From the sequence record PZ357121.2: DNA of 64,000 bases; one strand, written 5' to 3'. Source of the stretch: a phage. A program made the translations under genes and the position numbers. Below, in pieces: positions 17,092-26,737 of this stretch. The notes beneath the pieces were generated by a model. It saw nothing but the letters and a program-made list of their open reading frames with translations, did not search any database and was not told the DNA's origin. Numbering within the stretch: position 1 is the first letter of the stretch; each line of letters begins with the position of its first letter.

Positions 17092-18405
17092 TCAAATAAA
17101 ATGGACGTCAAACCGACCACGAGTTGTGCCGACATACAATAACTGTTTAGCTAATTCTGAATCGGCGTAATGGATACACGGTGTATAAACAAAGGCCGTG
17201 TCAACAGACATACCCTGGGCCTTATGGAAGGTCGATACTGGTAGTGCCTTCACCTTAGTGAACATACGTTTAGCATCCCAGAATTCGCTCCATGGGGCTT
17301 TACCACCTTTATTCCAAAATTTGTATGTTTCTGCGGTCTTAGCCAAAAACAAATTGAATTTATAAAGCTCTTCTTCAGAAGAAATAACCTTTATATCTTC
17401 GCGGATGTATTCTTCATCATCCCCATATGTTTCTACTGTAAGATTCCAGTATCGTATCATATATTCGCCTGAAACACCACGTGCTTTAACGAATGTAGAC
17501 GTTTCTACAGCATCTCGAATACGAACGAATTGACCGTTATTGAAAAGCATTTCGGTCATATTTTTACCATCTAGCTTATATGTCTTAGTAAATGGCTCTT
17601 GTAGAACAATGACTTCGTCTTTAATAAATGGTTTTTCTGTTTCAAGAAGTTTTCGGCGAATAATTGAATTTAACTTGTTCACCGACTTATTTGTGAATGC
17701 CATCATTCGATTTTCGAAAAGGTCTTCAGGAGTTTTAACGACGTTAAAATAGTTCATCATATACGATTTAAGGTCTGTATATCCGTGAACACCATGTCCA
17801 TCAACTACTTTATCATAAATCCATTTGCCATTACGAATATCAGTCGCAACATCAATAATCGGTGCATTGCTACGTTTAACTTCTGTAAGGTTGCATTGCA
17901 CGAAGTCTTTGTGGGTGAAGAAAGGACTTAGATACGCAGTTGATTCACCTGGGTCTACCGGACGAATCTGACATCGGTCGCCGATTCCAATTACTGTACA
18001 CCATTTAGGGATACTAGCTAACATTATTTTAAACAGAGAACGGTCGCACATTGACGCTTCATCAAATAACAGTACACGGCACAAGGCTAAGTCAGGAACC
18101 TTTTTCTGTTCAAACAATACGTTTTCTTCGTATGTAGTTGGGTTGATTTTAAGAATGCTATGAATAGTCGATGCTTCTTGACCCGCAAGTTTGCTTAGAA
18201 CCTTTTTAGCAGCATGTGTAGGGGCTGCTAAAATAATACCTGATTCTCCGGAAGAAATAAGGGCTTCAACGATGAATCTAGTAAGGGTTGTTTTACCTGT
18301 ACCAGCAGGCCCATTAATAGTTACGTGATGTTTCTTTTCTTTAATAGCGTTCATAACAACGTTGAAGGCGTTTTTCTGACCTTCAGTCAAATCATCAAAT
18401 GTCAT
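17092..18405 (-). CDS. dda: Dda DNA helicase (SF1, 437 aa)
   Basis: ATG ORF; MTFDDLTEGQKNAF...INGPAGTGKTT Walker A; near-identical to recalled T4 Dda. Confidence 0.95.
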   Translation of the reverse strand: MTFDDLTEGQKNAFNVVMNAIKEKKHHVTINGPAGTGKTTLTRFIVEALISSGESGIILAAPTHAAKKVLSKLAGQEASTIHSILKINPTTYEENVLFEQKKVPDLALCRVLLFDEASMCDRSLFKIMLASIPKWCTVIGIGDRCQIRPVDPGESTAYLSPFFTHKDFVQCNLTEVKRSNAPIIDVATDIRNGKWIYDKVVDGHGVHGYTDLKSYMMNYFNVVKTPEDLFENRMMAFTNKSVNKLNSIIRRKLLETEKPFIKDEVIVLQEPFTKTYKLDGKNMTEMLFNNGQFVRIRDAVETSTFVKARGVSGEYMIRYWNLTVETYGDDEEYIREDIKVISSEEELYKFNLFLAKTAETYKFWNKGGKAPWSEFWDAKRMFTKVKALPVSTFHKAQGMSVDTAFVYTPCIHYADSELAKQLLYVGTTRGRFDVHFI

Positions 18406-18713
18406 CGTAAAGTCCCTGCAATTGGAATACTAACAATACGGCCTGTATCCAGGATTCGTTGATACAATTTTTGCGTCTCCGCATCTAGTTTAATGTGTTT
18501 CATTTCAAGCTTATTAAACCAGAACTTACGCGGAGTTTCGACCATTCTTAGAACTCCCATTTTTAAATCTGTTTTATACTGTGTTTTCAAAGTATCGAAA
18601 ACTTTATCTGCAATATCCTTTCTAAAAAATACTGCAGGACGATGCTCATCAAGTGGAACCGGGACAGTAAATCCTTCCATATCTCGATAAACTATTGCAT
18701 ATACATAAACCAT
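18402..18713 (-). CDS. hypothetical protein (103 aa; dda.1-like position)
   Basis: ATG ORF overlapping dda start by 4 nt. Confidence 0.6.
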   Translation of the reverse strand: MVYVYAIVYRDMEGFTVPVPLDEHRPAVFFRKDIADKVFDTLKTQYKTDLKMGVLRMVETPRKFWFNKLEMKHIKLDAETQKLYQRILDTGRIVSIPIAGTLR

Positions 18714-18715
18714 AA

Positions 18716-19462
18716 TTAACCTTTAATCAGTTGGAATAATGATGCGCTAAGTGGTAAGCCACGTTTCAATTTTAATTTACCAATGAAACCAATCTTTTCA
18801 AAACGTTGCAGACCTTGGATAACTTTATCATATGTATCGAAAAGCGATTCAGCGTCAGTTAATTTAGTTTTAGTTTTCCAGTCAGAGCCTTTAAGAAGAA
18901 CGTTGAGTTTAGTAAGTTCATGGCCTTCTGCTTGATGTGAGCCATTAATGCGTGCTTTCAAAGCAACAATTCTAAGTTTAGATTCGTTAGATAAAGGTTG
19001 ATTTTTCATCATGTTCGCCATATGCTTAACACGATTTTCACGTTTTGCTCGGATTTTTAAAATAGTGCCATAAACCTTTTTAATTTGGGCCCATTTCTTC
19101 TCGTCGAGATTAAGTTTCTCTACTTTACGGACAGAAGGATTAGCGATACGTCTTGCAATGGCATCACGTTTCTCAATAAGTTCTTCTAATGTTAAATCAG
19201 AACGAGCCGTGTTATATTTTTTCTTAACTGGGATAACATTACCTTTAATGTAGCCGATATCGTTATTAAAACGTTCTAAGGATAATTTCTCACCTTCAAC
19301 AGAGTTATTGAAAGATTCACCTGAGTAAGCGCAGACCTTTTGATCAAGAATGTTTTTAAGGTAATTAAAGTCTAAGTTAAAATCCTTAGAGCGTCTCTTC
19401 GCAGAAGCTCTGGTGTGGTCAAGACGACGATTGATTTTGTTAATTTTATTATTTGATAACAT
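18716..19462 (-). CDS. hypothetical protein (248 aa; srd-like position)
   Basis: ATG ORF, basic/coiled-coil-rich; position between modA-like and dda as T4 srd; identity not verified. Confidence 0.55.
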   Translation of the reverse strand: MLSNNKINKINRRLDHTRASAKRRSKDFNLDFNYLKNILDQKVCAYSGESFNNSVEGEKLSLERFNNDIGYIKGNVIPVKKKYNTARSDLTLEELIEKRDAIARRIANPSVRKVEKLNLDEKKWAQIKKVYGTILKIRAKRENRVKHMANMMKNQPLSNESKLRIVALKARINGSHQAEGHELTKLNVLLKGSDWKTKTKLTDAESLFDTYDKVIQGLQRFEKIGFIGKLKLKRGLPLSASLFQLIKG

Positions 19463-19512
19463 AATATTTTCCTCTGTCTTACGGACGTTAAGGTCATTTA
19501 GCTGATAAGCTT

Positions 19513-19541
19513 ATAATATCATGCCCTCAGGTAGTGTACAC
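19513..19541 (-). promoter_or_regulatory. T4-type early promoter (-35 TGTACA, 17 nt, -10 TATTAT)
   Basis: Minus strand motif upstream of 18716-19462. Confidence 0.5.
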
Positions 19542-19615
19542 TCTTTTTTCATAAAATGCTTTAATTTTTTATGTGTTATAATGGTTCTGAATTCCATCCG
19601 GTTATTCCAATCCAG

Positions 19616-20224
19616 TCAGTAACCAACAATAGACAGATTCCAGATTGTATAACGTCCATCTTGAATAATAGAATCTACACGCAGTGTAGTCCCTATAGGG
19701 AGCATAAATTCACATTCGTCAGATATAAGTCTAGCATTAGACCGTCTTGTCGCTTCAGGGAAAGCTCCATTGAACTCACAAGATGGCGCAGCCAGAATCA
19801 TGTTAAGCATATGTTCACGGAAGTTGAAAGCAAATGGTGCATCTTTGATGCAGAACATAGTAAATGTTCCGTAAAAATTATACGAAGCAAAGTTACGTGC
19901 TACACCGAACACTGGGCTGAAGCTCATTACTCTGTCAAATTTAATAATACTACCAATGCCTTTATCATCGAGTGTGGCCATAGTTTTCTTAGAGATTCCA
20001 CGATACATTGTCTCAGGAACAGAAGACGTCCAATTTCTACGAACGATTGAACTTAACTCCTGTTGAATACAGTCTGGCTTGTTTTCCATACATTGCCATA
20101 GTACACTTTGTTCAATGTCGCTGAATTGACTATCAATTTCGTACTGCAATACATCTTGATATTCGGGGTTTTGAGCACGACGAACCATTTCTTCAATTTC
20201 ACACTCATTATACGGCATAAACAT
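19616..20224 (-). CDS. ADP-ribosyltransferase, ModA/ModB-like (202 aa)
   Basis: ATG ORF; R (MYRGIS), S-x-S (SFSP) and E-x-E (DECEF) motifs in the order typical of R-S-E ADP-ribosyltransferases; position matches T4 modA/modB. Confidence 0.7.
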   Translation of the reverse strand: MFMPYNECEIEEMVRRAQNPEYQDVLQYEIDSQFSDIEQSVLWQCMENKPDCIQQELSSIVRRNWTSSVPETMYRGISKKTMATLDDKGIGSIIKFDRVMSFSPVFGVARNFASYNFYGTFTMFCIKDAPFAFNFREHMLNMILAAPSCEFNGAFPEATRRSNARLISDECEFMLPIGTTLRVDSIIQDGRYTIWNLSIVGY

Positions 20225-20252
20225 TTAGGTTTCTCCTCTGGTTGATAAAAGT

Positions 20253-20281
20253 ATAGTATCATCGTCGGTAGAGTTTGTACA
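20253..20281 (-). promoter_or_regulatory. T4-type early promoter (-35 TGTACA, 17 nt, -10 TACTAT)
   Basis: Minus strand motif then TATCAACCAGAGGAG leader; first of two tandem promoters. Confidence 0.55.
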
Positions 20282-20382
20282 CTAAAAATTCAATATTTTC
20301 AAATGAATGATTTTGTTAGGTATTCGCGTTCTTGAAGTTCAGATTGACATGTCATGATAGACCTCCATTTAAAGATAAGCCT

Positions 20383-20411
20383 ATCATAACACGAGAGGAG
20401 GGAATGTAAAC
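20383..20411 (-). promoter_or_regulatory. T4-type early promoter (-35 GTTTAC, 17 nt, -10 TATGAT)
   Basis: Minus strand motif; second of tandem pair upstream of the ModA-like gene. Confidence 0.5.
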
Positions 20412-20575
20412 TACTTTTTAAGCTTTCCTACTAAAGGTCCTGATGGACCTGGTTGTTCTAACATGAATAATGATGCTTTAAAAAGCAATGCCAACCCTTT
20501 CACCATTCGATACCATGCCTCAAAGTCTTTTTCCTTGATTTCTAGTAAGAATTTCTCTTTAAATTTCTCTTTCAT
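20411..20575 (-). CDS. hypothetical protein (54 aa)
   Basis: ORF below cutoff; ATG overlaps upstream TGA (ATGA coupling). Confidence 0.45.
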   Translation of the reverse strand: MKEKFKEKFLLEIKEKDFEAWYRMVKGLALLFKASLFMLEQPGPSGPLVGKLKK

Positions 20576-20751
20576 TTCCAAGGACTCCATGGTGGAGGGT
20601 CGTCATAATAAGAGGCAAGGTCTTTCAGGGCTTCAACAGGTAAACTAAAGCCGTGACGTTGTATAATACTATCTAGTTCATCAACAAGTTCACTACGATG
20701 CACTTTAGGAGCCTCAACTTCGGGCTCATCAAACATACTCATCAAGTCCAT
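20572..20751 (-). CDS. hypothetical protein (59 aa)
   Basis: ATG at 20751; track start at 20760 is GTG. Confidence 0.45.
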   Translation of the reverse strand: MDLMSMFDEPEVEAPKVHRSELVDELDSIIQRHGFSLPVEALKDLASYYDDPPPWSPWK

Positions 20752-20752
20752 A

Positions 20753-21217
20753 TTATTCACCGAGATAAAAACTAGCAGGTTCAGAGAATGTTTCTAGTGC
20801 TACACCTTTTGTCTTAAAAAATTTCCAAATAGCCCGTTGCAAGTGGATTAAATCTGCTAATGATGTAATAAAGTATTTTTTGGCAAAATACTTATGGTCT
20901 CGCTTTTCAAACAAGTCTAAACGCTTTTCAGGATTCACATAAACTGCATTTTCCGTGGATTCATAACCTAAGTCCTTTATGCCTTCTTCAAGACTAAACG
21001 GAGAATTTTTAGAATGAGTAATAGCTCCAACTCGCTCTACACGAATTTTGTAACCTTTAGGAATCTGCAATTTACAGAATTCTTCTACGATATATTGCGG
21101 ATTATTTAGACTTTTGTTAATGAGAATAGCTATTTCTAGTGGAGTCTTATCTTCTACTGGTATATGTTTAAACGACTTGGCTTCAAGCAAATACATTTTA
21201 AATAACATAGCATCCAT
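20753..21217 (-). CDS. hypothetical protein (154 aa; mrh-region)
   Basis: ATG ORF. Confidence 0.6.
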   Translation of the reverse strand: MDAMLFKMYLLEAKSFKHIPVEDKTPLEIAILINKSLNNPQYIVEEFCKLQIPKGYKIRVERVGAITHSKNSPFSLEEGIKDLGYESTENAVYVNPEKRLDLFEKRDHKYFAKKYFITSLADLIHLQRAIWKFFKTKGVALETFSEPASFYLGE

Positions 21218-21392
21218 TATAATTTCCTCGATGGTTCACCCATATAAAGTTTTACAATACGTTCGCCTTCATCTTCGATGAGCTTCTCTTCGTGTTTCTG
21301 GAATTCTTTAGCCATATTCTCTTCAAGAACATCCAGCCAATCTTCTGGTTCGACTCCATCATTCCAGCTTTTAAACCATTTTACTATTTTGT

Positions 21393-21593
21393 TCATTCAC
21401 AGCTTCCTGAGCTTGAACCACAATCAGAATAACTTGACCCAGAATCACCAGGCCAAGACGATACATATGAATGATTATAATCGGAAGAGCTTGAAGCATT
21501 AACCTGTTTTGTTTTTGGACGAACAACTTCTTCCATCATTCCGTCACCGTTATATTCCCAACTTTTTTCATGTGTATCAGGAATAGGCATCAT
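21393..21593 (-). CDS. hypothetical Ser/Gly-rich protein (66 aa)
   Basis: Internal ATG chosen to avoid 110-nt overlap; low-complexity C-terminus. Confidence 0.35.
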   Translation of the reverse strand: MMPIPDTHEKSWEYNGDGMMEEVVRPKTKQVNASSSSDYNHSYVSSWPGDSGSSYSDCGSSSGSCE

Positions 21594-21606
21594 ACCTTCG
21601 CCTGGA

Positions 21607-21834
21607 TTAACAGCAAACAACTTCTTCAGCATCGTAAGCATTAATTGTTCCTCGAACAAAACGAACACCACCATCATCCCAACGAATTTCGGCATTAAAT
21701 TTGACGTCTTCACCATCCATCATGAATGAGTGTACGACTACATCATCATAGTATCCAAGACCGTATTTCAACGAAACTTCTTGAGCAATCAAAGCCCCTA
21801 ATGTGTTATTAGGTTTAATCCAACGATTTAACAT
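21607..21834 (-). CDS. hypothetical protein (75 aa)
   Basis: ATG at 21834 with GAGGAG SD; track N-terminal extension overlaps promoter. Confidence 0.5.
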   Translation of the reverse strand: MLNRWIKPNNTLGALIAQEVSLKYGLGYYDDVVVHSFMMDGEDVKFNAEIRWDDGGVRFVRGTINAYDAEEVVCC

Positions 21835-21862
21835 ATTGTTCTCCTCTTGAGTAAGTAAGAAT

Positions 21863-21892
21863 ATCTTAACACAGTTTTTAGTGGTTGTAAAC
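21863..21892 (-). promoter_or_regulatory. T4-type early promoter (-35 GTTTAC, 18 nt, -10 TAAGAT)
   Basis: Minus strand motif. Confidence 0.45.
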
Positions 21893-21910
21893 TGTAGAAA
21901 CAAAAAAAAA

Positions 21911-21932
21911 AAGGAATCCCGAAGGATTCCTT
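21911..21932. terminator. strong bidirectional rho-independent terminator downstream of soc
   Basis: AAGGAATCC-CGAA-GGATTCCTT hairpin flanked by A10 on one side and T-rich on the other. Confidence 0.7.
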
Positions 21933-21939
21933 AAATTAT

Positions 21940-22176
21940 TTAACCACTTACTGGTGTAGGGGTAAACATTGCAGCGTTCTTAGTTTTCCAGGCAGCCGCA
22001 TCAGAAACTACAGTAGAATAAGCTGCCTTTTCTGATGGAAAGATTTGGTAATGAGAATCTGCAATCCGATGTTCGTTTGAATAAATCTCAAACGGCACAG
22101 AAACTTCCATACCTTTAACTTCTTTGCCTTCACCAGCAGGATGCGTAAAGGTTTTGATGTTTACATAACCACCCAT
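21940..22176 (-). CDS. soc: small outer capsid protein Soc (78 aa)
   Basis: ATG ORF; ...GYVNIKTF...HYQIFPSEKAAYSTV... matches recalled T4 Soc. Confidence 0.85.
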   Translation of the reverse strand: MGGYVNIKTFTHPAGEGKEVKGMEVSVPFEIYSNEHRIADSHYQIFPSEKAAYSTVVSDAAAWKTKNAAMFTPTPVSG

Positions 22177-22207
22177 AATTAACTCCTTTGTTGTTTAATT
22201 ACAGGTG

Positions 22208-22215
22208 TATTTATA
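22208..22215 (-). promoter_or_regulatory. T4 late promoter TATAAATA upstream of soc
   Basis: Exact TATAAATA on - strand about 32 nt upstream of soc ATG. Confidence 0.6.
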
Positions 22216-22221
22216 ACTTAA

Positions 22222-22743
22222 TCAGTAACCATTATCCTGGCGTTCAAAGTTGTGTTGGTTTTTCAAGTAGTAAAGTTTAAAGATTTCTTCAGCGGAAAGA
22301 CCCAGACCTTGGAACATGTTCAGGACAAAGTGCAGAATATCAATCATCTCGAATTTAATTTCAAGCTGGTCTTCAGGAGACAGTTCATCGATACGACGAT
22401 TTCGATATTCAGCATGTTGAGCTTTCCACGGCTTCCATACAGAGCTAGCGGCTTTTTCACCATTGCTCATACCACCAAGTGAAGTCAACAGTTCACGGAA
22501 TTCATCATCAATATAATCTTTCTGATTACGCAGCCAATCAACAACATCACCAGCAGTGGCTAATTCATCGGGATGTTTGTTATGTTCAGGCTTGTCATTT
22601 GCCAGACGAACCTGTAAAGATTTCTGCATATCAAGCATTACCTGCAGAGGGTCTTTATCTTCGTGAATCAGAGCATTAAAATAAGCTTCTTCTGCTTTAT
22701 CAACACCAGAAATAAGTTGTGAACATTCGTTAAAGTGCGCCAT
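22222..22743 (-). CDS. 56: dCTP pyrophosphatase gp56 (173 aa)
   Basis: ATG at 22743 (MAHFNEC...); ...PLQVMLDMQ...ETAGDVVDWLR...IDDEFRELLTSLG...LSPEDQLEIKFE...HFVLNMF...EEIFKLYYLKN matches recalled T4 gp56. Confidence 0.9.
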   Translation of the reverse strand: MAHFNECSQLISGVDKAEEAYFNALIHEDKDPLQVMLDMQKSLQVRLANDKPEHNKHPDELATAGDVVDWLRNQKDYIDDEFRELLTSLGGMSNGEKAASSVWKPWKAQHAEYRNRRIDELSPEDQLEIKFEMIDILHFVLNMFQGLGLSAEEIFKLYYLKNQHNFERQDNGY

Positions 22744-22833
22744 TATTTTTCCTTTCAATTCAGTATAAGAGAGTTTAATTCTAACATTAATTTTATAAAG
22801 CGTAATAAATAATAAGGTAACTAAGGAGATATT

Positions 22834-23031
22834 ATGTTTAAACTTCCATCGTTAATCAACGCTATTAAAGGCAATAAAAAGAAAACTGCTATCGCTGCAA
22901 TAGTTGTAGGTGGCATTATTTCGTGGAACTTCGGGATTGCGCCATTGTTAGTTGCCCATGGTGTTATGGTTCCTTCTGTTCCATTGGATACTGTAGTTGA
23001 TTTGGCCTTTGCTATTATAGGGCTTGTTTAA
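22834..23031 (+). CDS. putative small membrane protein (65 aa), opposite strand
   Basis: ATG ORF on + strand with AAGGAG SD 7 nt upstream; hydrophobic; convergent with gene 61. Confidence 0.5.
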   Translation: MFKLPSLINAIKGNKKKTAIAAIVVGGIISWNFGIAPLLVAHGVMVPSVPLDTVVDLAFAIIGLV

Positions 23032-24050
23032 ATCTTAGAATAACGAGATAATCTCATTTTAGCATGCAACCCACTTGAAATATTCTGTTTCATATATTCT
23101 AAAATTTCTTGTGGTGTTGCATTTTCTTTCATTACCATATCATTCACATCCTTTGATCTCCACGGAGCTCGGTCCCAGAACATGACACGTTCGCCTGCAT
23201 CAACTAATCGCTTCATGCGAGCTATAGTATCTGGATGCCTAGGTTCATTATCCATTACCCATACCCTACGTTCTTTAAATGGTACCACATCTAAATCTAT
23301 TGAGCCGCCTGTAATAGCGATTGCATTGGGTATGAATAAACTATCAATAGGGCCTTCCATTACCCAGACGTCTCCTTCCTTAACACGTTCAACACCATAA
23401 ATTTTTGTTGCAGACTCAAACGCTTTAATAGTGATATATTTCTGAGGAGCATCTTTACGAAGTGCACGTCCTTGGAATGACTCAGCCTTCCCATCTTTAT
23501 TAAAAATAGGAATCACTAAACGTGGTTCGGGAATCTCTTTCTTATACGTACCAGGTTGAATCTTGTTGACCAATTTAGGCCATTCTAATGTGAACCATAG
23601 TCTATTCCATGATTCTTTAGGAATACACCGAGACTTAACATATTTCACAATAGGATGCTCTTCTGGCAGTTTGTCCAGGCGAGAACAAGACGGCAAAGAA
23701 TTTATAGTCTTTTTCTCTGGCTCCGGCTTAGCTTCAGGAACCTTTTCAATCTTTGGTTCCATTCTAGCTTTTTCTTTACGAACTTCCATTAGATATTCGC
23801 GATAAAGCTCTTCATCATATTCTTTTAAGTATCCGGAAATTGTATTGTGGTATTGGCAGTTATAGCAATGTACATTACCAGGAGTACCGCCATAATACCA
23901 ACCGCGAGCTTTCATTGCATCTGTCTGGGAGTCGCCACAAACTGGACATCGAAATGTTAATTTAAATGTGCTTGAATTATTGATTTGTCTAAAACGAGGT
24001 AGGTGAGAAAACGCACGATAAGCAAATTCATTATCTATCCATTCAGCCAT
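23028..24050 (-). CDS. 61: DNA primase gp61 (340 aa)
   Basis: ATG ORF; N-terminal zinc ribbon CPVCGD...CYNC and Toprim-like region; size matches T4 gp61. Confidence 0.9.
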   Translation of the reverse strand: MAEWIDNEFAYRAFSHLPRFRQINNSSTFKLTFRCPVCGDSQTDAMKARGWYYGGTPGNVHCYNCQYHNTISGYLKEYDEELYREYLMEVRKEKARMEPKIEKVPEAKPEPEKKTINSLPSCSRLDKLPEEHPIVKYVKSRCIPKESWNRLWFTLEWPKLVNKIQPGTYKKEIPEPRLVIPIFNKDGKAESFQGRALRKDAPQKYITIKAFESATKIYGVERVKEGDVWVMEGPIDSLFIPNAIAITGGSIDLDVVPFKERRVWVMDNEPRHPDTIARMKRLVDAGERVMFWDRAPWRSKDVNDMVMKENATPQEILEYMKQNISSGLHAKMRLSRYSKI

Positions 24051-24089
24051 AGTATTCTCCAGAGGCCTTAAATTAATAAGGCCATCATA

Positions 24090-24557
24090 TCACAACTTAT
24101 TAATATTTACTTTAATTCGCTTTCTTTTCTTGGAAGGAATTTGTTCTGGACCTTTATTTACTACTGCACCTGTAGTTGTTCCTGATGCAATAGCTTGAGG
24201 GTTGCCACCTGAATCACCAGCAACCATATCCTCAAATAAAGGGAGTTCTTTAAATATTTCTTTCTGCTGTTCTTCCGTAATGTTATAGCGTGAAGCTACA
24301 GCACTCCAGGCAGACATCATTGAGGCCATTCCATTAAGACCTGGAACAGTGCTCATCATTCGCTTCATTGAACGAACTGAAGCATGAAAAGGTGTATAAG
24401 CCGCTTTCTCTTCAGGAGTGGAAGGGCGTTTAAGAACACTTCCACGTTCATCGATGATTTTGGCTTCGTATGCTTTCCATTCGGTAAAAGGTTTTTGCAT
24501 TAGTCGAATAAACTTATATGCATAAACAGAATCTATTGCAGTGTTAATAATACCCAT
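24090..24557 (-). CDS. hypothetical protein (155 aa; 61.1-like position)
   Basis: ATG at 24557 with GGAGG SD; track start is TTG. Confidence 0.55.
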   Translation of the reverse strand: MGIINTAIDSVYAYKFIRLMQKPFTEWKAYEAKIIDERGSVLKRPSTPEEKAAYTPFHASVRSMKRMMSTVPGLNGMASMMSAWSAVASRYNITEEQQKEIFKELPLFEDMVAGDSGGNPQAIASGTTTGAVVNKGPEQIPSKKRKRIKVNINKL

Positions 24558-24576
24558 AGGTACCTCCTGAGTATAT

Positions 24577-24774
24577 TTAATCAATTACAAAGATTGCTTT
24601 GTCACCATTTATATCTGTGACTTCATACGTAGTGCCTTCATACTGTGGAATATTCCAAATTACACCATCATTAGCTTTTACGCTAATATGGCATTGGTGT
24701 TTTGAAACAACTTCATAATCTTCAAAACTTGTAAAAACACTAATTTTAGAACCCGTGCAAATTGCAGTAGTCAT
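24577..24774 (-). CDS. hypothetical protein (65 aa)
   Basis: ATG ORF. Confidence 0.5.
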   Translation of the reverse strand: MTTAICTGSKISVFTSFEDYEVVSKHQCHISVKANDGVIWNIPQYEGTTYEVTDINGDKAIFVID

Positions 24775-24775
24775 T

Positions 24776-25426
24776 TTAACCTCGATTCATAAATGCATTA
24801 AATATTTGGTCATCAACAGAAATTTCTAATTCGACTTCAATTGCTTCAGCCTTTTCTTCAGGTGGTAATTCGTATCCACACACTACAATTTTTTCATCGA
24901 TATCAAAATATACAGAAGCAATATGATTAATGTTATTTTCGGTTAAGTCTAAATCAACATCAACATCTTTTTGACCTACACTTAAAGGATAACTAATACG
25001 GGTTATTTTATTATCTTTAACAAAGAGTCCGCCAACATACTCTGTACTACGTTTGAAGTTTACACGTTTCCGAAATGAAAGATATGATGCATCTTTACCG
25101 TGAGCTCGGCTCATAGGACATAATGAATAGCTAGAATAAGAGATGTCAAATCCTACGCCTTCAATATGAGCCAACGTGTCATGAGTAAACCAATTATAAT
25201 CATATGCCAAATCCATTATATTGTAATATGTGAAAGGCACAGGATTAACATCATATGTTGTACCTTTAAAATCTGCCCAGGCAACGATTTCATTATCTTT
25301 AACAATTACAAAAATTACACCAATATGGTATCCGTTATTATTTTCATTCGGCGTTATATTATAACATTGTGCATTAGGAAATTTACCATATTTAAATGGT
25401 GCGTTTTTGTGCATGTAATAAATCAT
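24776..25426 (-). CDS. hypothetical protein (216 aa)
   Basis: ATG at 25426 just after sp stop; track start is GTG. Confidence 0.55.
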   Translation of the reverse strand: MIYYMHKNAPFKYGKFPNAQCYNITPNENNNGYHIGVIFVIVKDNEIVAWADFKGTTYDVNPVPFTYYNIMDLAYDYNWFTHDTLAHIEGVGFDISYSSYSLCPMSRAHGKDASYLSFRKRVNFKRSTEYVGGLFVKDNKITRISYPLSVGQKDVDVDLDLTENNINHIASVYFDIDEKIVVCGYELPPEEKAEAIEVELEISVDDQIFNAFMNRG

Positions 25427-25427
25427 A

Positions 25428-25721
25428 TTATTCACCTGTGATTTCGGTTACGATATCTTTGTTATCGAAATTAGGGTCACAATACAAAACATAGTTGTAC
25501 TGCATGATACCGCCAGACTTAAGTTGTTCAACAACTTTATTAACCATATTAGGACGGTCTCGTTTAGTGATGTTCATGATATCAGAGAAGATTTGTTGTT
25601 CAACATCTTCTTGATTTGCAGTCATTGACCACTCACAGAGGTCTTTATCATAACCTGCTGTAACTGGAGCCGGTGCACATGATACTGCAAGTAAGATTGC
25701 TGCCAATGATAACTTTTTCAT
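25428..25721 (-). CDS. sp: spackle periplasmic protein Sp (97 aa, signal peptide)
   Basis: ATG ORF with AAGGAG SD; MKKLSLAAILLAVSCA...GYDKDLCEWSMTA...KSGGIMQYNYVLYCD... matches recalled T4 Sp (61.3). Confidence 0.85.
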   Translation of the reverse strand: MKKLSLAAILLAVSCAPAPVTAGYDKDLCEWSMTANQEDVEQQIFSDIMNITKRDRPNMVNKVVEQLKSGGIMQYNYVLYCDPNFDNKDIVTEITGE

Positions 25722-25750
25722 TTTAACTCCTTAGTTGATTTGATAGGACT

Positions 25751-25780
25751 ACTATACTATAGTCCATTTATAATGTAAAC
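25751..25780 (-). promoter_or_regulatory. T4-type early promoter (-35 GTTTAC, 18 nt, -10 TATAGT)
   Basis: Minus strand motif then AGTCCTATCAAATCAAC leader. Confidence 0.55.
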
Positions 25781-25784
25781 AACT

Positions 25785-26033
25785 TTATTCTTTTTCGCGA
25801 ATAATAATTACTTGTTGAGGCTGCTGAGCAGATTTCTTTTCGGCAACGATAGACCAAATTAAAGTTCCAATCCAACCAATCATCGTCCAGTTAAAGAGTA
25901 AAGATACAAAGAAGATTGCCGTTGTGCTTTTTGTGCCACGAATAAGTGCGATTACCCAAGGCAACATGTAAATGATGATTGAACCAATACCTGCGATTAA
26001 AACTGCTACTGAACTAGCCACGAATAATTCCAT
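25785..26033 (-). CDS. small membrane protein (82 aa, 2 predicted TM helices)
   Basis: ATG ORF; hydrophobic segments. Confidence 0.6.
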   Translation of the reverse strand: MELFVASSVAVLIAGIGSIIIYMLPWVIALIRGTKSTTAIFFVSLLFNWTMIGWIGTLIWSIVAEKKSAQQPQQVIIIREKE

Positions 26034-26061
26034 GTTAATTTCCTCTTGATTTGTTATGTTT

Positions 26062-26091
26062 ATAGTATCTTATTTTAACTTTGGTGTAAAC
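26062..26091 (-). promoter_or_regulatory. T4-type early promoter (-35 GTTTAC, 18 nt, -10 TACTAT)
   Basis: Minus strand motif. Confidence 0.5.
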
Positions 26092-26094
26092 CAA

Positions 26095-26463
26095 TTAATT
26101 AAATTTGTTTAAACGTTCAATACACTGGACGTAGTTATTTGCGATTTGTTTCTGGGTAGGCTCTTTACCAGTTGTTTCAACATAGCGAATGAATGCGATT
26201 TCAGTAGCCTGTAAGCAATGTTCTTTAACGCGCTGTTCTTTTGACATAGCTACAGTATCGGAATCACGATAACGTTGAGCATGAGCATCAGCTTGAATCA
26301 TTCGATTACCTACAGTAACCGGGTCTTCCACTTCAACTTTAGGTTGTTCATACTGTTTAACATTCGGATTGTAAATCAGTTGGCCGACGTTATTAGGAAT
26401 AAAGCCATGGGCACCACATCCGGTTAATCCAAATACCATTGCTAAAGCGATTAATTTTTTCAT
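26095..26463 (-). CDS. putative lipoprotein (122 aa)
   Basis: ATG ORF; signal peptide with lipobox-like LTGC. Confidence 0.6.
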   Translation of the reverse strand: MKKLIALAMVFGLTGCGAHGFIPNNVGQLIYNPNVKQYEQPKVEVEDPVTVGNRMIQADAHAQRYRDSDTVAMSKEQRVKEHCLQATEIAFIRYVETTGKEPTQKQIANNYVQCIERLNKFN

Positions 26464-26523
26464 TTCAATTTCCTCTGTAGTTGATAGAAAGATAGTAACA
26501 CAGTATGTGGGGCTTGTAAACAG

Positions 26524-26736
26524 TTATTTTAAACTTTTGCGAAATTTGCGTTTTTCTTGACGAATCTGTCGTTTAGTCGGACGTACAGCAAATTTAACGA
26601 AGTCCACTTTGCCGTGTGGAAACTTTTCAGATGCTTCACAGTCCATCATTAGTTCCCATCCTTCCAGAATAAGAGCTTTCCATTGTGTAGTTGATGCAAA
26701 TTCGTATGTTGATGGTTTAAACACAGTTGAATACAT
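26524..26736 (-). CDS. hypothetical protein with basic VRPTKRQIR tail (70 aa)
   Basis: ATG at 26736 (track start is TTG); C-terminal motif shared with 57553-57723. Confidence 0.5.
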   Translation of the reverse strand: MYSTVFKPSTYEFASTTQWKALILEGWELMMDCEASEKFPHGKVDFVKFAVRPTKRQIRQEKRKFRKSLK

Positions 26737-26737
26737 A